DNA of 63,605 nucleotides, from the sequence record SRR31156797_1603. One strand, given 5' to 3'. The notes beneath the pieces were generated by a model that did not search any database, was not told the origin of the DNA, and worked only from the letters and a program-made list of their open reading frames with translations. How positions within the stretch are numbered: the first letter of the stretch is position 1; each line of letters opens with the position of its first letter. The position numbers and the translations under genes are program-made. Shown here in pieces: positions 49,040-59,270 of this stretch.

Positions 49040-50569
49040 ATGAACTTTTGGCAGCGTGCATTAAAGAGTATCACCAGAAGAAAAGGGAAATCATTTATTT
49101 TATTTTTAGTTCTATTTATTTTAGGCAATGTGATCGCTGGTGCTGTAGCAATTCAACAATCCACTGCCAACGTGGAGCGAGAGACGAAACGCAAAATGGG
49201 GAACGTAGCTACGGTGGAAATGGATTGGGAAGGTTTTGAAAAAGACCATGCGGATGCTTCGGACGAAGAGCGGTCTCAAGAAGATTTTTATCCGAAACCA
49301 CCAGCGCTGGATCTTTATGAGCAAATCGGTCAATTAAGCTATGTGAAATATTTTGATTACCAAAATCAAGCGTGGTTAGAAACAACAAAATTGAAAGCCT
49401 ATACGCCGGAGGATGGCTCGGTCGGCATGGGTGGCAACTATTTCTCTTTGAAGGGCGGAAATTTGGTTGAGCCATTAGACATGCAAGAAGGCTTGATTCG
49501 CTTGGAGGAAGGCGAGGGATTGACAGAAAAAGATGTCAGTGAGTTGACGAACGCGGTATTGATCAGTAAAGAGATCGCAGAATTGAATAACCTGAGTGTC
49601 GGTGATCAATTGGTATGGGATACACGGGCAGAAGTCATGATGGAAGGTGGTTCAAGCGAGGGAGTAAGTGATGATAGTGAGGATGCGACGGACGAAACGG
49701 CTGAGAGTGGCAATCGTGTCGCGACCTTTGATTATCCCGTGACCATTGCAGGGATCTTTTCTGTAATTAAAAAGGATCAAAGCAATCAAAGTAGTTCATC
49801 AGATCAAAGTGATTCACAAAATAGTGATCAGGTATGGCAAGTGATGGAACAAATCAATACCTTTTATGCTAGCAATAATTTAGTGCAAGATTTTAACAAA
49901 TTGCAGTCTGAAAAACTTTGGGGTCAAGAAGTGATCGAAGAAGAGTCAGACGCCTATTATCAACCGATCTTTGTCCTAAATTCAACGGATGACGTCGAAG
50001 CCTTTAAACAAGAAGCCGGTGCGTTATTGCCCCAATATTATCGTGTCATTGCTAATACGGATCAATACGAGCAGATCGCCGGTGGCTTTACTCGGTTAGG
50101 GGTGATCGCAAATTACATCGTGATCATTGCGTCGATCGCAACCATCTTTATTATTTCCTTAGTGGTCTTGCTTTTCTTACGAGATCGGAAACAAGAATTG
50201 GGCATCTATCTCTCCTTAGGGGAAAGCCGTGGGAAAGTCATTGGACAGATCGTGATTGAAGTCTTGCTGGTTAGTTTAGCCGCACTGCTATTGTCCTTAG
50301 TGACCGGGAACTTATTAGGTGGGGCCGTTTCAAATACTTTGATGCAAAACGATTGGATGAGCAATCAAAATGATATGGGCGGTGTTTATTCTGGCGGTTT
50401 GATGGCAGCTGATATTGATTACATGGATATCAAGAATGCCTATCAAGTGTCCTTCTCAGCAGGCTACATCATTACGTATCTGCTGTTAGGTTTAGGAACC
50501 GTCTTGTTCTCAGCTATTTTACCGCTGTTGTATATTTTACGCTTGAATCCAAAGAAAATCATGATGTAG
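49040..50569 (+). CDS. MacB/FtsX-type (YclI-like) ABC permease
   Basis: One TM, a large extracellular domain, then three TMs; RDRKQELGIYLSLGE and LNPKKIM motifs. Confidence 0.9.
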   Translation: MNFWQRALKSITRRKGKSFILFLVLFILGNVIAGAVAIQQSTANVERETKRKMGNVATVEMDWEGFEKDHADASDEERSQEDFYPKPPALDLYEQIGQLSYVKYFDYQNQAWLETTKLKAYTPEDGSVGMGGNYFSLKGGNLVEPLDMQEGLIRLEEGEGLTEKDVSELTNAVLISKEIAELNNLSVGDQLVWDTRAEVMMEGGSSEGVSDDSEDATDETAESGNRVATFDYPVTIAGIFSVIKKDQSNQSSSSDQSDSQNSDQVWQVMEQINTFYASNNLVQDFNKLQSEKLWGQEVIEEESDAYYQPIFVLNSTDDVEAFKQEAGALLPQYYRVIANTDQYEQIAGGFTRLGVIANYIVIIASIATIFIISLVVLLFLRDRKQELGIYLSLGESRGKVIGQIVIEVLLVSLAALLLSLVTGNLLGGAVSNTLMQNDWMSNQNDMGGVYSGGLMAADIDYMDIKNAYQVSFSAGYIITYLLLGLGTVLFSAILPLLYILRLNPKKIMM

Positions 50570-50581
50570 GAGGAACCAACG

Positions 50582-51256
50582 ATGACTTTATTAGAAACCA
50601 AAGCAGTCGATTACTATTACCAAGACGGCGATCAGCGCCGCTATATACTGAAAGAGACCTCTGTTTCTTTTGAAAAAGGGACTTTCTATGCCATCTTAGG
50701 GCAATCTGGTTCGGGAAAAACGACGTTTTTATCCTTGATCAGTGCGTTGGATAGTCCGAAAAGCGGTCAAGTACTTTATGAAGGCACCGATATCGAAAAA
50801 ATTGGGCATGAAAATTATCGCCGCGACGACATCAGTATCATTTTCCAAAGCTATAATCTGATTCCCTATTTAAGTGCAGTTGAAAATGTCTTAGTGCCGA
50901 TGGCGATCACGAAAAATCAGCTGCCAGACAATCAGCGAGAAGTGGCATACAATTTACTGGATTATATAGGCATCACCAAAGAAAAAGCCGATCGGCTCGT
51001 CAATCAATTATCTGGTGGAGAACAACAGCGGGTAGCGATCGCCCGGGCGTTAGCCACCAATGTCGATATCATTTTAGCGGACGAACCAACCGGGAATTTG
51101 GATGAAGAAATGGAACAAGAGATCATCGATATCTTTAAGGAGCTGGCACACGTCCACAACAAATGTGTGATCGTCGTGACCCACGCTAACGAGATCGCTC
51201 AACAAGCGGATGAAGTCTTGTATTTACGTAAAGGTGTGTTGAGTAAACATGAGTGA
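50582..51256 (+). CDS. ABC ATP-binding protein (LolD/MacB type)
   Basis: GQSGSGKT, LSGGEQQRVAIARAL and ADEPTGNLD motifs. Confidence 0.95.
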   Translation: MTLLETKAVDYYYQDGDQRRYILKETSVSFEKGTFYAILGQSGSGKTTFLSLISALDSPKSGQVLYEGTDIEKIGHENYRRDDISIIFQSYNLIPYLSAVENVLVPMAITKNQLPDNQREVAYNLLDYIGITKEKADRLVNQLSGGEQQRVAIARALATNVDIILADEPTGNLDEEMEQEIIDIFKELAHVHNKCVIVVTHANEIAQQADEVLYLRKGVLSKHE

Positions 51257-52796
51257 TTTTTTATCAAATTTTAGCCCGGACAACTATGATGGCAAAAAGA
51301 AATCCGCTGGCAATAGCGAGAAAAAAACTAGCGAACCTGTCGGAGATCAAAATGCAAGAGGCGCGGAGCAAGCGAGCAAACCAGCGGAGCCAACGACGGT
51401 TCACCAATCAGAAGAGCCGACAGCTAGTGAGCCGATGAGTCGCTCGGCAGCCCGTCAACAAACACAGACGACTGAAGCAAAAGCGGCGAGTTCTGGGACT
51501 GAGAAGGTAGCATCAAAGGAACCAGTCAGCCGTTTTGGTAAAGAAGAAACGGAATTTGATCCGACCTACAAAAAGCGTCAGCAGAAAAAAATCTTGCTGA
51601 TTGCTTTACTGACCGCCTTGGCGGTTGCCGTGATCGGGATCGTCTATTATCAGATGACCCATGTGAAGGTGCCGGATTTCACTGCCCAAGATCTGTCAGA
51701 AGCGCGGACGTGGGGCATGGAAGAAGGCGTCGCTATCAAAGTGGAGCAAGAATATGACTTTGACAAAGACGTCAACCAAGTAATCGACCAAAGTGTCGAC
51801 CCTGAGAAAAAAATCAAGAAGGGTGCCACACTGACACTGACGGCGAGTCTCGGGCCTGATCCTGAAGAACGCTTAGAGCTACCGGATTTTCCAGCGATGC
51901 AAGTGACCGAAGCAAAAGATTGGATCGCTAGCAATAAAGCCGAAAACCTCTCTTTGATCGAACAATTTGACGACAATGTAGCAGCAGAAGCTTTTATCAA
52001 ACAAGAGGCGGCCAACAAAGAGCTTGATTTAGCCGAATACAAACGCAAAGACCGTTTGAGTGTCTACTATTCAAAGGGCAAAGAAGTCTTTGAAAAAAAT
52101 ATTGAAGTACCTGATTTTACAGGCAAAGCCAAAAGTGAAGCTTCTGAATGGGCGAAAAAGAATGACTTGAAATACAAAGAAGAAACCGTCTTTTCTGACA
52201 GTGTCGCCCTGGATCTGGTCGTTTCACAAGAACCAGTCAAAGGCAGCAAACTTGCGAAAAAAGAAGAATTTGTGGTGAAGGTCTCAAAAGGCCAAGCTTT
52301 GACCGTTCCAGATTTTTCACAATACACGATCGAAGAAGCCCAAGGACTAGAATCAAAAATCCCGCTGCAAGTCAGCACGGTCTATTCCGATCAAGTGGCG
52401 TATGGTAGTTTCTTGAGTCAGTCGGAGGAAGCGGGCAAAGAGTACAGCGAAAGCGATACTTTGCCAACTGTCAAAGTCGTCTACTCATTAGGTAGACCGT
52501 ATTTGAAAGACATCCGTTTCCAAGCAACGGAAGGCGACTTGCCAAAACTATTCTTTGATGAATACAAATCAAAAGGCGCCAATGTCTATTACGAAATCTA
52601 CTATGTCGATTCGGCGGAACCAAAAGGAACCGTCGTTGAAATGAGCCGCTACGGCGAGTTCATTCCCCTAGAAACGTGGATCACCATCGGTATCAGCCGC
52701 GGCAATCTGCAAGGCAGTACCCAAACACCGCCGGCAGAGGATGGCGGGGAGGCGGATGAACCGGTCAGTACCGCTAGTTCATCTGCTGCCGAATAA
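51249..52796 (+). CDS. bitopic multi-PASTA-domain protein
   Basis: Polar N-terminus, one TM, then four repeats beginning VPDF/LPDF, several with SQ...G...VVxVSxG ends; no kinase or PBP domain. Confidence 0.85.
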   Translation: MSDFLSNFSPDNYDGKKKSAGNSEKKTSEPVGDQNARGAEQASKPAEPTTVHQSEEPTASEPMSRSAARQQTQTTEAKAASSGTEKVASKEPVSRFGKEETEFDPTYKKRQQKKILLIALLTALAVAVIGIVYYQMTHVKVPDFTAQDLSEARTWGMEEGVAIKVEQEYDFDKDVNQVIDQSVDPEKKIKKGATLTLTASLGPDPEERLELPDFPAMQVTEAKDWIASNKAENLSLIEQFDDNVAAEAFIKQEAANKELDLAEYKRKDRLSVYYSKGKEVFEKNIEVPDFTGKAKSEASEWAKKNDLKYKEETVFSDSVALDLVVSQEPVKGSKLAKKEEFVVKVSKGQALTVPDFSQYTIEEAQGLESKIPLQVSTVYSDQVAYGSFLSQSEEAGKEYSESDTLPTVKVVYSLGRPYLKDIRFQATEGDLPKLFFDEYKSKGANVYYEIYYVDSAEPKGTVVEMSRYGEFIPLETWITIGISRGNLQGSTQTPPAEDGGEADEPVSTASSSAAE

Positions 52797-52834
52797 TCTC
52801 GCAACCGACACTTTTTCACACAGCATCAAAAGGT

Positions 52835-52862
52835 AAGCACCCTTCCTTGGAAGGGTGTTTTT
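52835..52862 (+). terminator. terminator after the PASTA gene
   Basis: AGCACCCTTCC/GGAAGGGTGTT stem plus T-run. Confidence 0.75.
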
Positions 52863-52982
52863 ACTTACTAATTGTAAAAAAAACACGAGCGAGCCGCTTG
52901 AAATCGCTGGATCGATAAAGTAAACTTGATGGTAACGAGAAAAAATGGCTCCGCAGTGCCATCTATAGAAGGGACGAAACAA

Positions 52983-54722
52983 ATGATAAAAAAATTACTC
53001 GCGAATGTTGGCAGCTATAAGAAGGACAGCTTGCTGACCCCTGTGTATGTAGCAGGAGAGGTTGCCTTAGATGTCATTATGCCCCTGATCATGGCAATGA
53101 TGATCGACCAAGGGATCGAAAAAGGAGACGCCGGTGTGATTCTAAGAGATGGCGGCTTGCTTTTTTTATGTTCCTTGATCGCGTTACTTTTAGGAACGCT
53201 TGGCGGACGAACGGCAGCGATCGCTTCGGCTGGTTTTGCCCGCAACCTGCGGCACAATCTATTTCGCCGAATCCAAGATTTTTCCTTTTCAAACATTGAC
53301 CGCTTTTCTTCCTCCAGTTTGATCACCCGCTTGACCACTGACGTGACCAACGTCCAAAATGCTTATCAAATGATTATTCGTATTCTGGTCCGCAGTCCGT
53401 TAGTTCTGATTTTCTCACTTGCAATGGTTAGCACCATCAGCCCAGAGCTTATGACGATCTACTTAGTTGTTTTACCGATTTTAGCGATTGGCCTTGCTTT
53501 AGTGATTCGTTTTGCCCACCCGCTGTTTCTAAAAGTATTCCGCATTTATGACCGCTTGAATAATGTGGTGCAAGAGAATCTACAAGGGGTTCGCGTCGTG
53601 AAATCGTATGTCCGGGAAGAACAACAAGAAGAACTGTTTGGCGAAGTGTCCACCGATGTTTATCGGAATTTCACTCTTGCGCAACGAATCGTCTCTTTTA
53701 ACATGCCATTGATGCAATTTGCAGTCTATACATGTATGTTGCTCTTGTCATGGTTTGGTGCCCAGTTGATCGTGGAACAAAGTAGCCTGACGACTGGTGA
53801 ATTAGTCAGCATGTTCAACTACACGATGCAGATTTTGATGAGCTTGATGATGATGTCGATGGCTTTCGTGCAGATTTTGATCGCACGAACGTCGGCAGAA
53901 CGGGTCGTGGAAGTATTAGATGAAGAAAGTGACTTGAAAAATCCCGCCGAGCCAATCAAAGAAATCAAAGACGGCTCCATCATTTTTGAAAATGTCGGCT
54001 TTAGTTACGCCAATGACAAAAACAAGTTGGCGCTGATTGATGCGAATCTACGCATCGAATCCGGTGAAGTCATTGGGATCATTGGTGGAACCGGGAGCGG
54101 GAAATCCACCCTCGTCCAGCTGATCCCCCGCTTATATGATGTGATTGAAGGGCGTGTCATCGTCGGCGGTCATGATGTTCGCGACTATGATTTAGAAGCA
54201 TTGCGGGACCAAGTAAGTATGGTCTTGCAAAACAATGTACTCTTTAGCGGCACCATCAACGACAATTTACGTTGGGGCAATGAAGAGGCGTCGGATGAAG
54301 AGATCCAGCGCGTGGCGACGATCGCACAAGCCGATCCCTTCATTCAAGAGTTTCCTGATAAATATGAAACGCAGATCTCACAAGGAGGGAACAATGTTTC
54401 CGGTGGGCAAAAACAACGGTTGACGATTGCCCGTGCCTTATTAAAGAAACCGAAAATCTTGATTCTCGATGATTCTACTAGTGCCGTCGACACCAAAACC
54501 GATCGCAGTATCCGCGAAGGCTTGAAACGAGAAATTCCGGGAACGACGACGATCATTATTTCCCAACGGATCAATTCGATCGAAGACGCCGACCGGATCA
54601 TCGTAATGGATGATGGCAAAATCAATGGCATCGGTACCCACGAAGAATTGTTGGCAAACAATGCCATCTATCAAGAAGTGTACCATTCGCAGCAGAAAGG
54701 ATTTGGTGAAGGTGAAGAATAG
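52983..54722 (+). CDS. heterodimeric ABC exporter subunit (degenerate-site half)
   Basis: TMD plus NBD; SSLITRLTTDV, VSGGQKQR and non-canonical ILDDS motifs (LmrC/EfrC-like). Confidence 0.92.
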   Translation: MIKKLLANVGSYKKDSLLTPVYVAGEVALDVIMPLIMAMMIDQGIEKGDAGVILRDGGLLFLCSLIALLLGTLGGRTAAIASAGFARNLRHNLFRRIQDFSFSNIDRFSSSSLITRLTTDVTNVQNAYQMIIRILVRSPLVLIFSLAMVSTISPELMTIYLVVLPILAIGLALVIRFAHPLFLKVFRIYDRLNNVVQENLQGVRVVKSYVREEQQEELFGEVSTDVYRNFTLAQRIVSFNMPLMQFAVYTCMLLLSWFGAQLIVEQSSLTTGELVSMFNYTMQILMSLMMMSMAFVQILIARTSAERVVEVLDEESDLKNPAEPIKEIKDGSIIFENVGFSYANDKNKLALIDANLRIESGEVIGIIGGTGSGKSTLVQLIPRLYDVIEGRVIVGGHDVRDYDLEALRDQVSMVLQNNVLFSGTINDNLRWGNEEASDEEIQRVATIAQADPFIQEFPDKYETQISQGGNNVSGGQKQRLTIARALLKKPKILILDDSTSAVDTKTDRSIREGLKREIPGTTTIIISQRINSIEDADRIIVMDDGKINGIGTHEELLANNAIYQEVYHSQQKGFGEGEE

Positions 54723-56583
54723 ACAAGCAGCAAATCCCAAGCGTACATTAAAACGTTTATTGCGAACGATGTTTGGCGACTACAAAGGACAACTCCTATT
54801 CGTCGTTGTTATGATCTTGTTAAGTGCTTTTGCCAACGTTCGTGGTTCGTTGTTTTTACAAGTCGTGATCGACGATCATATCACACCGCTTTTAGGGCAA
54901 GCCAATCCTGATTTTGGCGGCTTGTTTCGGGCGATCGTCCAAATGGCGATCATCTACCTGATTGGGATCTTGGCCGCACTGATCTATAACTTTATGATGG
55001 TCAAGATCAGTGAGGGCACGCAGAAAAAAATCCGTGACCAAATGTTTACACATATGCAGTCTCTACCAGTCGGCTACTTTGATGCCCGCTCAGATGGCGA
55101 CATCATGAGTCACTTTACCAACGATACGGATACGTTGCGTCAAATGATCTCCCAAAGTATTCCAAACTTGATGATGGCGACGGTAACCTTTTGTTCTGTC
55201 TTTATCGCCATGTTCTCCATCAGTGTTCCATTGACTCTGTTCGTGATGCTGTCGGTTATTTTGATGCTGAATGTGATCCGCATCATTTCTCGCCGCAGCG
55301 GCCGCTTCTTTGGCGCACAGCAACGAGATTTAGGCGCTGTCAACGGGTATATCGAAGAAATGATGCACGGACAAAAAGTCGTCAAAATCTTCAATCATGA
55401 AAAAATCGTCATGGAAGAATTTGATGCCTTAAATGATCAACTGCAAGAAAGTGCCACTAAAGCCAATGTCAATGCCAATACCTTGATGCCGATCATGATG
55501 AACTTACTAAATGTCCAATATGTCTTGATCGCCATCATTGGTGGCCTGTTTGCAATCAATGGTGTTTCTGGACTGACGGTCGGGATGATCGCTTCTTTCT
55601 TGCAACTGAGCCGTTCATTGAATGGCCCTATCAGCCAAGTATCACAACAAATCAACTTTGTGATCATGGCATTAGCCGGTGCTGAGCGAATTTTCAACCT
55701 ATTAGATGAAACGCCAGAAATCGATCATGGCTACGTCACACTGGTCAATGCCAAATGGTCGCAAGGTCAACTAGTTGAAACCAAAGAACGAACAGGCACG
55801 TGGGCGTGGAAACATCCCCACGAGGATGGAACCATTACCTATACGGAAGTGACGGGAGACGTGCGGTTTGAAGATGTTGATTTCGGCTATGTCGATAATC
55901 AACTGGTCTTACATGAGATCAATCTGTATGCAGAGCCTGGGCAAAAAGTTGCCTTTGTTGGTGCAACAGGTGCTGGTAAGACAACGATTACCAATCTGAT
56001 CAATCGGTTCTACAACATCCAAGACGGGAAGATTCGCTATGATGGTATCAATATTGAAAAAATCCATCTGGAATCCCTCCGTCGCTCATTAGGAATCGTT
56101 TTGCAAGACACCCATTTGTTTACTGGAACGATTCGCGAGAATATTCGCTTCGGAAAACTGGATGCTAGTGATGAAGAAGTGCTGGCAGCAGCGAAACTAG
56201 CCAATGCCGACATGTTTATCAACCATTTGCCAGAAAAATACGACACCGTGATCACGGGCGATGGCGAAGGGCTTTCCCAAGGTCAACGGCAGCTGTTGGC
56301 AATTGCTCGCGCAGCGATCGCTGATCCGCCAGTGATGATCTTAGACGAAGCCACCTCAAGCATCGATACCCGTACAGAGCGTATCGTCCAATCAGGGATG
56401 GATCGTTTGATGTCTGGACGGACCGTGTTTGTGATCGCCCATCGATTGTCTACAATCCAAAACTCCGATGCCATCATGGTGATGGATCATGGCCGTATCA
56501 TTGAGCGGGGGACCCATGAAACGCTGTTGGCAGAAAAAGGCACCTATTATCAGCTATATACTGGGAAAATCGAATTGGATTGA
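54712..56583 (+). CDS. heterodimeric ABC exporter subunit (consensus-site half)
   Basis: GATGAGKT, LSQGQRQ, LDEATS and AHRLST motifs (LmrD/EfrD-like); start approximate. Confidence 0.92.
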   Translation: MKNRQAANPKRTLKRLLRTMFGDYKGQLLFVVVMILLSAFANVRGSLFLQVVIDDHITPLLGQANPDFGGLFRAIVQMAIIYLIGILAALIYNFMMVKISEGTQKKIRDQMFTHMQSLPVGYFDARSDGDIMSHFTNDTDTLRQMISQSIPNLMMATVTFCSVFIAMFSISVPLTLFVMLSVILMLNVIRIISRRSGRFFGAQQRDLGAVNGYIEEMMHGQKVVKIFNHEKIVMEEFDALNDQLQESATKANVNANTLMPIMMNLLNVQYVLIAIIGGLFAINGVSGLTVGMIASFLQLSRSLNGPISQVSQQINFVIMALAGAERIFNLLDETPEIDHGYVTLVNAKWSQGQLVETKERTGTWAWKHPHEDGTITYTEVTGDVRFEDVDFGYVDNQLVLHEINLYAEPGQKVAFVGATGAGKTTITNLINRFYNIQDGKIRYDGINIEKIHLESLRRSLGIVLQDTHLFTGTIRENIRFGKLDASDEEVLAAAKLANADMFINHLPEKYDTVITGDGEGLSQGQRQLLAIARAAIADPPVMILDEATSSIDTRTERIVQSGMDRLMSGRTVFVIAHRLSTIQNSDAIMVMDHGRIIERGTHETLLAEKGTYYQLYTGKIELD

Positions 56584-56651
56584 TTCTGCCATTGCTACGG
56601 CTTGAAGCTGCAGCGACTGGCGATCTGCCTATTTTCCCCTTGTTTGCAACG

Positions 56652-56682
56652 ACCGATTGGCAGTAAGCCAGTCGGTTTTTTT
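56652..56682 (+). terminator. terminator of the ABC exporter operon
   Basis: ACCGATTGGC/GCCAGTCGGT stem plus T-run. Confidence 0.8.
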
Positions 56683-56784
56683 GCGCAGCTCGAAAAAATG
56701 GTATACTGTCACTGAGACAGCCGTAGAACGGCGGCAGCACGTAAGCAGTTGTGCTGCGGAAAATGGATTCCACGAGGTGAAAAT

Positions 56785-57279
56785 ATGAAACTAGCATTGG
56801 CAAAGATCGTTTTAGACGAAGAATGGTATGAGGTGGTCCAATCGGAAAAAGGGCTAGTGTATTTTGGTCGGCAGCAGGATCATCATGAATTACTCAAATT
56901 CTTTCCATTGGCTGAAATCAGTAGTATAGCTGACCTTGATCCAGTAATTGAAACGCAGCTGCAAGCTTATTTTGCAGGGGAACCAGTGACGTTTACTTTT
57001 GCGTTTGATTTTGTAGGGACACCGTTTCAACAAACCGTTTGGCAAGCACTGACCCAAATTCCTTATGGTGAAACCACTACGTACAGTGACTTGGCGCTGC
57101 GCATTCAACGTCCGACCGCTGTCCGAGCTGTCGCCAACGCAGTGGGGCGTAACCCAATGATGATCGTGGTTCCTTGTCATCGGGTGTTAGGAAAAAACGG
57201 CCGCTTGACGGGGTATCGGGGCGGGTTAGCAACCAAACGCCGACTACTGCAACTGGAAGGGATTCCGTTTAAAGAATAA
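56785..57279 (+). CDS. ogt: methylated-DNA--protein-cysteine methyltransferase
   Basis: GTPFQ, IPYGETTTY, RAVANAVGRNP and active-site PCHRV motifs. Confidence 0.95.
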   Translation: MKLALAKIVLDEEWYEVVQSEKGLVYFGRQQDHHELLKFFPLAEISSIADLDPVIETQLQAYFAGEPVTFTFAFDFVGTPFQQTVWQALTQIPYGETTTYSDLALRIQRPTAVRAVANAVGRNPMMIVVPCHRVLGKNGRLTGYRGGLATKRRLLQLEGIPFKE

Positions 57280-57382
57280 GGAAAGTAAACTATTTATAGT
57301 AAAAAATACTAAAAAGCAATTTCATTTCCTTTTTTCTCTGGTATAATAAAATTGATTCCGGTTACAAGAAGGGGTGGAGGAA

Positions 57383-58888
57383 ATGAACATCGTTGATTTG
57401 CAAAATGGTTCTGATATTCGAGGGATTGCGATCGCAACAGAAAAAGAACAGGTGACGCTGACGGAGCAAGCGGTTCGGCAAGTTGCTTCGGGCTTGCTCA
57501 ACTGGTTGGAAACAAAGGGCAGCGGACCTTTTCGCGTGGCAGTCGGTCGTGACAGTCGCTTGAGTGGCGAAGCACTGCAAGAAGTGTTGATGGCACAGCT
57601 GCAGCAAGAAGGCGTGGCAGTGATCGATTGTGGCTTGGCAACGACACCAGCCATGTTTATGAGCACACAGTTTGCGGATTTCGACTGTGATGCTGGTGTG
57701 ATGCTGACAGCGAGTCATTTGCCTTATTACTTTAATGGAATAAAAATTTTCAGCCGCCAAGGCGGTGCCGAAAAAATGGATATCCACTATATTTTGACCC
57801 ACACTACCGTTCATGAGGCAGCGGAAAAAGGAAGCTATCAGCAAAAAGACCTGCTGACGCCTTATGCCCAAGATCTACTGCAAAAAATTCGCCAAGGGAT
57901 GGGAACCAATGAGGAAAAACCTTTGGCTGGATTAAAGATCATTGTTGATGCAGGCAATGGTGCCGGCGGCTTTTTTGCTGAAAAAGTGTTGCTGCCGCTA
58001 GGGGCAGATACGAATGGCTCGCAATTTTTAGAACCGGATGGGCATTTTCCCAATCATATCCCTAATCCAGACAATAAAGAGGCGATGGCAAGTATTCGTG
58101 AAGCCGTCTTACGAGAACAAGCCGATCTAGGCATTATTTTCGATACCGATGTCGACCGCTCGGCTGTCGTGACCAAAAGCGGTGAGCCCTTGAACCGCAA
58201 CAATATGATTGCTGTATTAAGCAAGATCATCTTAGCGGAACACCCTGGCACGCGTATCGTCACTAATTCACCAACCTCTAATCATTTAAAAACCTTTATC
58301 GAAGCACTGGGAGGGCAGCAAGTACGCTATATTTCTGGCTACCGCAATGTGATCAACAAAGCGATTGAATTGAATGAAGCAGGACTGGATACACAGTTAG
58401 CCATCGAAACCAGCGGGCATGCCGCGTTTAAAGAAAATTTCTTTTTAGATGACGGGGCGTACGTGATCGCCAAGCTCTTGATGATGCTGCCACAATTGCA
58501 ACAGCAAGGCACGACACTGGATGAGCTGATCGCGGCGTTGCAACAACCCGCCGAGACCCAAGAATTGCGCTTTGCGATCCAACAAGCCGACTATCAAGAC
58601 TATGGTCGCCAAGTGATCGCGGATTTAGCCGATCATTTGCTGCCAGGCTGGCAGATCGATCCAGAAAATGAGGAAGGCATTCGCATCAACTTGACAGCGC
58701 CCTATGGCCAAGGCTGGTTCTTGCTGCGAATGAGCTTGCACGAACCACTGCTGGTGCTGCAGATCGAAAATGATGAAGCGGGTCATCTACCGGCAGTCGT
58801 TCAAGCAATCGGTCGCTTCCTATCGCAGTATGAAGCCATCGATCAAAGTAAACTGACACAGTTTTTAGCACAGCAACCAAAAATTTGA
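57383..58888 (+). CDS. phosphomannomutase/phosphoglucomutase family protein
   Basis: NGSDIRG, TASHLP (phosphoserine), FDTDVDR (metal site) and IETSGH motifs. Confidence 0.93.
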   Translation: MNIVDLQNGSDIRGIAIATEKEQVTLTEQAVRQVASGLLNWLETKGSGPFRVAVGRDSRLSGEALQEVLMAQLQQEGVAVIDCGLATTPAMFMSTQFADFDCDAGVMLTASHLPYYFNGIKIFSRQGGAEKMDIHYILTHTTVHEAAEKGSYQQKDLLTPYAQDLLQKIRQGMGTNEEKPLAGLKIIVDAGNGAGGFFAEKVLLPLGADTNGSQFLEPDGHFPNHIPNPDNKEAMASIREAVLREQADLGIIFDTDVDRSAVVTKSGEPLNRNNMIAVLSKIILAEHPGTRIVTNSPTSNHLKTFIEALGGQQVRYISGYRNVINKAIELNEAGLDTQLAIETSGHAAFKENFFLDDGAYVIAKLLMMLPQLQQQGTTLDELIAALQQPAETQELRFAIQQADYQDYGRQVIADLADHLLPGWQIDPENEEGIRINLTAPYGQGWFLLRMSLHEPLLVLQIENDEAGHLPAVVQAIGRFLSQYEAIDQSKLTQFLAQQPKI

Positions 58889-58907
58889 AGAAAAGCAGGG
58901 AACTAAA

Positions 58908-59111
58908 ATGGTGATCTTGATGCTGCTGATCATGGCAGTGACGTATGGTGTGAATTTTTTCTTGTTTCGTTATTTGAACAAACGACCAAAAATCGATGTC
59001 GTTGAACGGTTATCAATGCTATTAGGTGTCAACATGAGTGTGCTTTTTTTCGATGGGATTTTATTGTTTATCGGAAAACTACTAATTGAGACTGTTGAGA
59101 TCATCGAGTAA
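58908..59111 (+). CDS. small two-TM membrane protein
   Basis: 67 aa, AGGGA RBS, followed by a terminator. Confidence 0.7.
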   Translation: MVILMLLIMAVTYGVNFFLFRYLNKRPKIDVVERLSMLLGVNMSVLFFDGILLFIGKLLIETVEIIE

Positions 59112-59133
59112 CCTAGTCGTCCGTTTTTTGTTT

Positions 59134-59173
59134 GCCTCTTCACTGATTCCTCAGGACAGTGAAGAGGTTTTTT
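59134..59173 (+). terminator. intrinsic terminator
   Basis: GCCTCTTCACTG/CAGTGAAGAGGT stem plus T-run. Confidence 0.8.
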
Positions 59174-59270
59174 AGGGTTTGCTAAAAACGGCGATTAATG
59201 TTCGCATTCGTTTTTGATATTTGATAAAGTAAAGAGGAGAAAATTACGCAAAGTGAGGGAATTCACGGAT

